From NCBI GenBank assembly GCA_963924565.1, contig OZ004607.1, positions 24,738,001 through 24,802,000 on the forward strand: DNA of 64,000 nucleotides. Reading direction: 5' to 3'. The notes beneath the pieces are model-generated. The model did not search any database. It saw nothing but the letters and a program-made list of their open reading frames with translations, and was not told where the DNA came from. This stretch comes from Ascidiella aspersa (lineage: Eukaryota). Shown piece after piece: positions 63,623-64,000 of this stretch (positions are counted from its first letter, which is position 1; each line of letters begins with the position of its first letter). Both the position numbers and the translations under genes were made by a program.

Positions 63623-64000
63623 CTAGTTTGTTTATAATTTTGAGTCAAACTTTATAGCAAAATTCCTTGGTTGACGGAAGCAAAAAACGAAAGTAATTCT
63701 AAAGTAATGTGGCCTGTTAACAAAAGAAAAGTACAAAAATGGGTTTTGGATGCTGTTGCGGAAAGTGTACGAGTTGTGTTTAAATAAAAACAATGAAAAT
63801 TGAGGATAAAAGAATGTCAGTTTTGTCCGAGAATCTCTGCGTTTGCAAATGTCAAGTGTACCTCTTTTTTGGTCAAAATATCTGTAATGGCACTAAAACG
63901 TCATTCAAATAAATATGTAGTCGGAAAAGGAAGTAGTGTTTGCTTTACAACCGTTAATTTGGCATACTTAGCACAAACTTGTGCAACAGGACTCAAAATC

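Overview
Eukaryotic, AT-rich, intron-containing animal genomic DNA. It is most likely from an ascidian tunicate (inferred from compact introns, gene style and repeat families; the species cannot be fixed by eye). Left half (1-29 kb): a decayed Gypsy gag-protease fragment, a 9-exon UNC-93-like transporter gene (-), an intronless atypical 7TM receptor (-), an LRR single-pass membrane protein (-), an orphan type-III membrane protein (-) and an intronless 2-TM PPxY protein (+). Middle (30.7-38.8 kb): a basonuclin (BNC1/2, disco family) gene on the minus strand, rebuilt as 7 coding exons. It keeps the N-terminal basonuclin domain and zinc-finger pairs 2 and 3 but appears to lack pair 1. Right (39-64 kb): about 25 kb with no credible CDS, made of GC-rich islands that look like the cis-regulatory landscape of basonuclin. 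Many hAT-like and other MITEs are scattered through the window. The most notable non-coding signal is a small repeat family (28.5 kb and 55.4 kb) carrying minimal type-I hammerhead ribozyme motifs with a palindromic loop III (Penelope-like). One copy has two inverted ribozyme motifs between convergent genes. Exon models were built by hand from GT-AG sites and frame continuity, and protein comparisons are from memory, not database searches.
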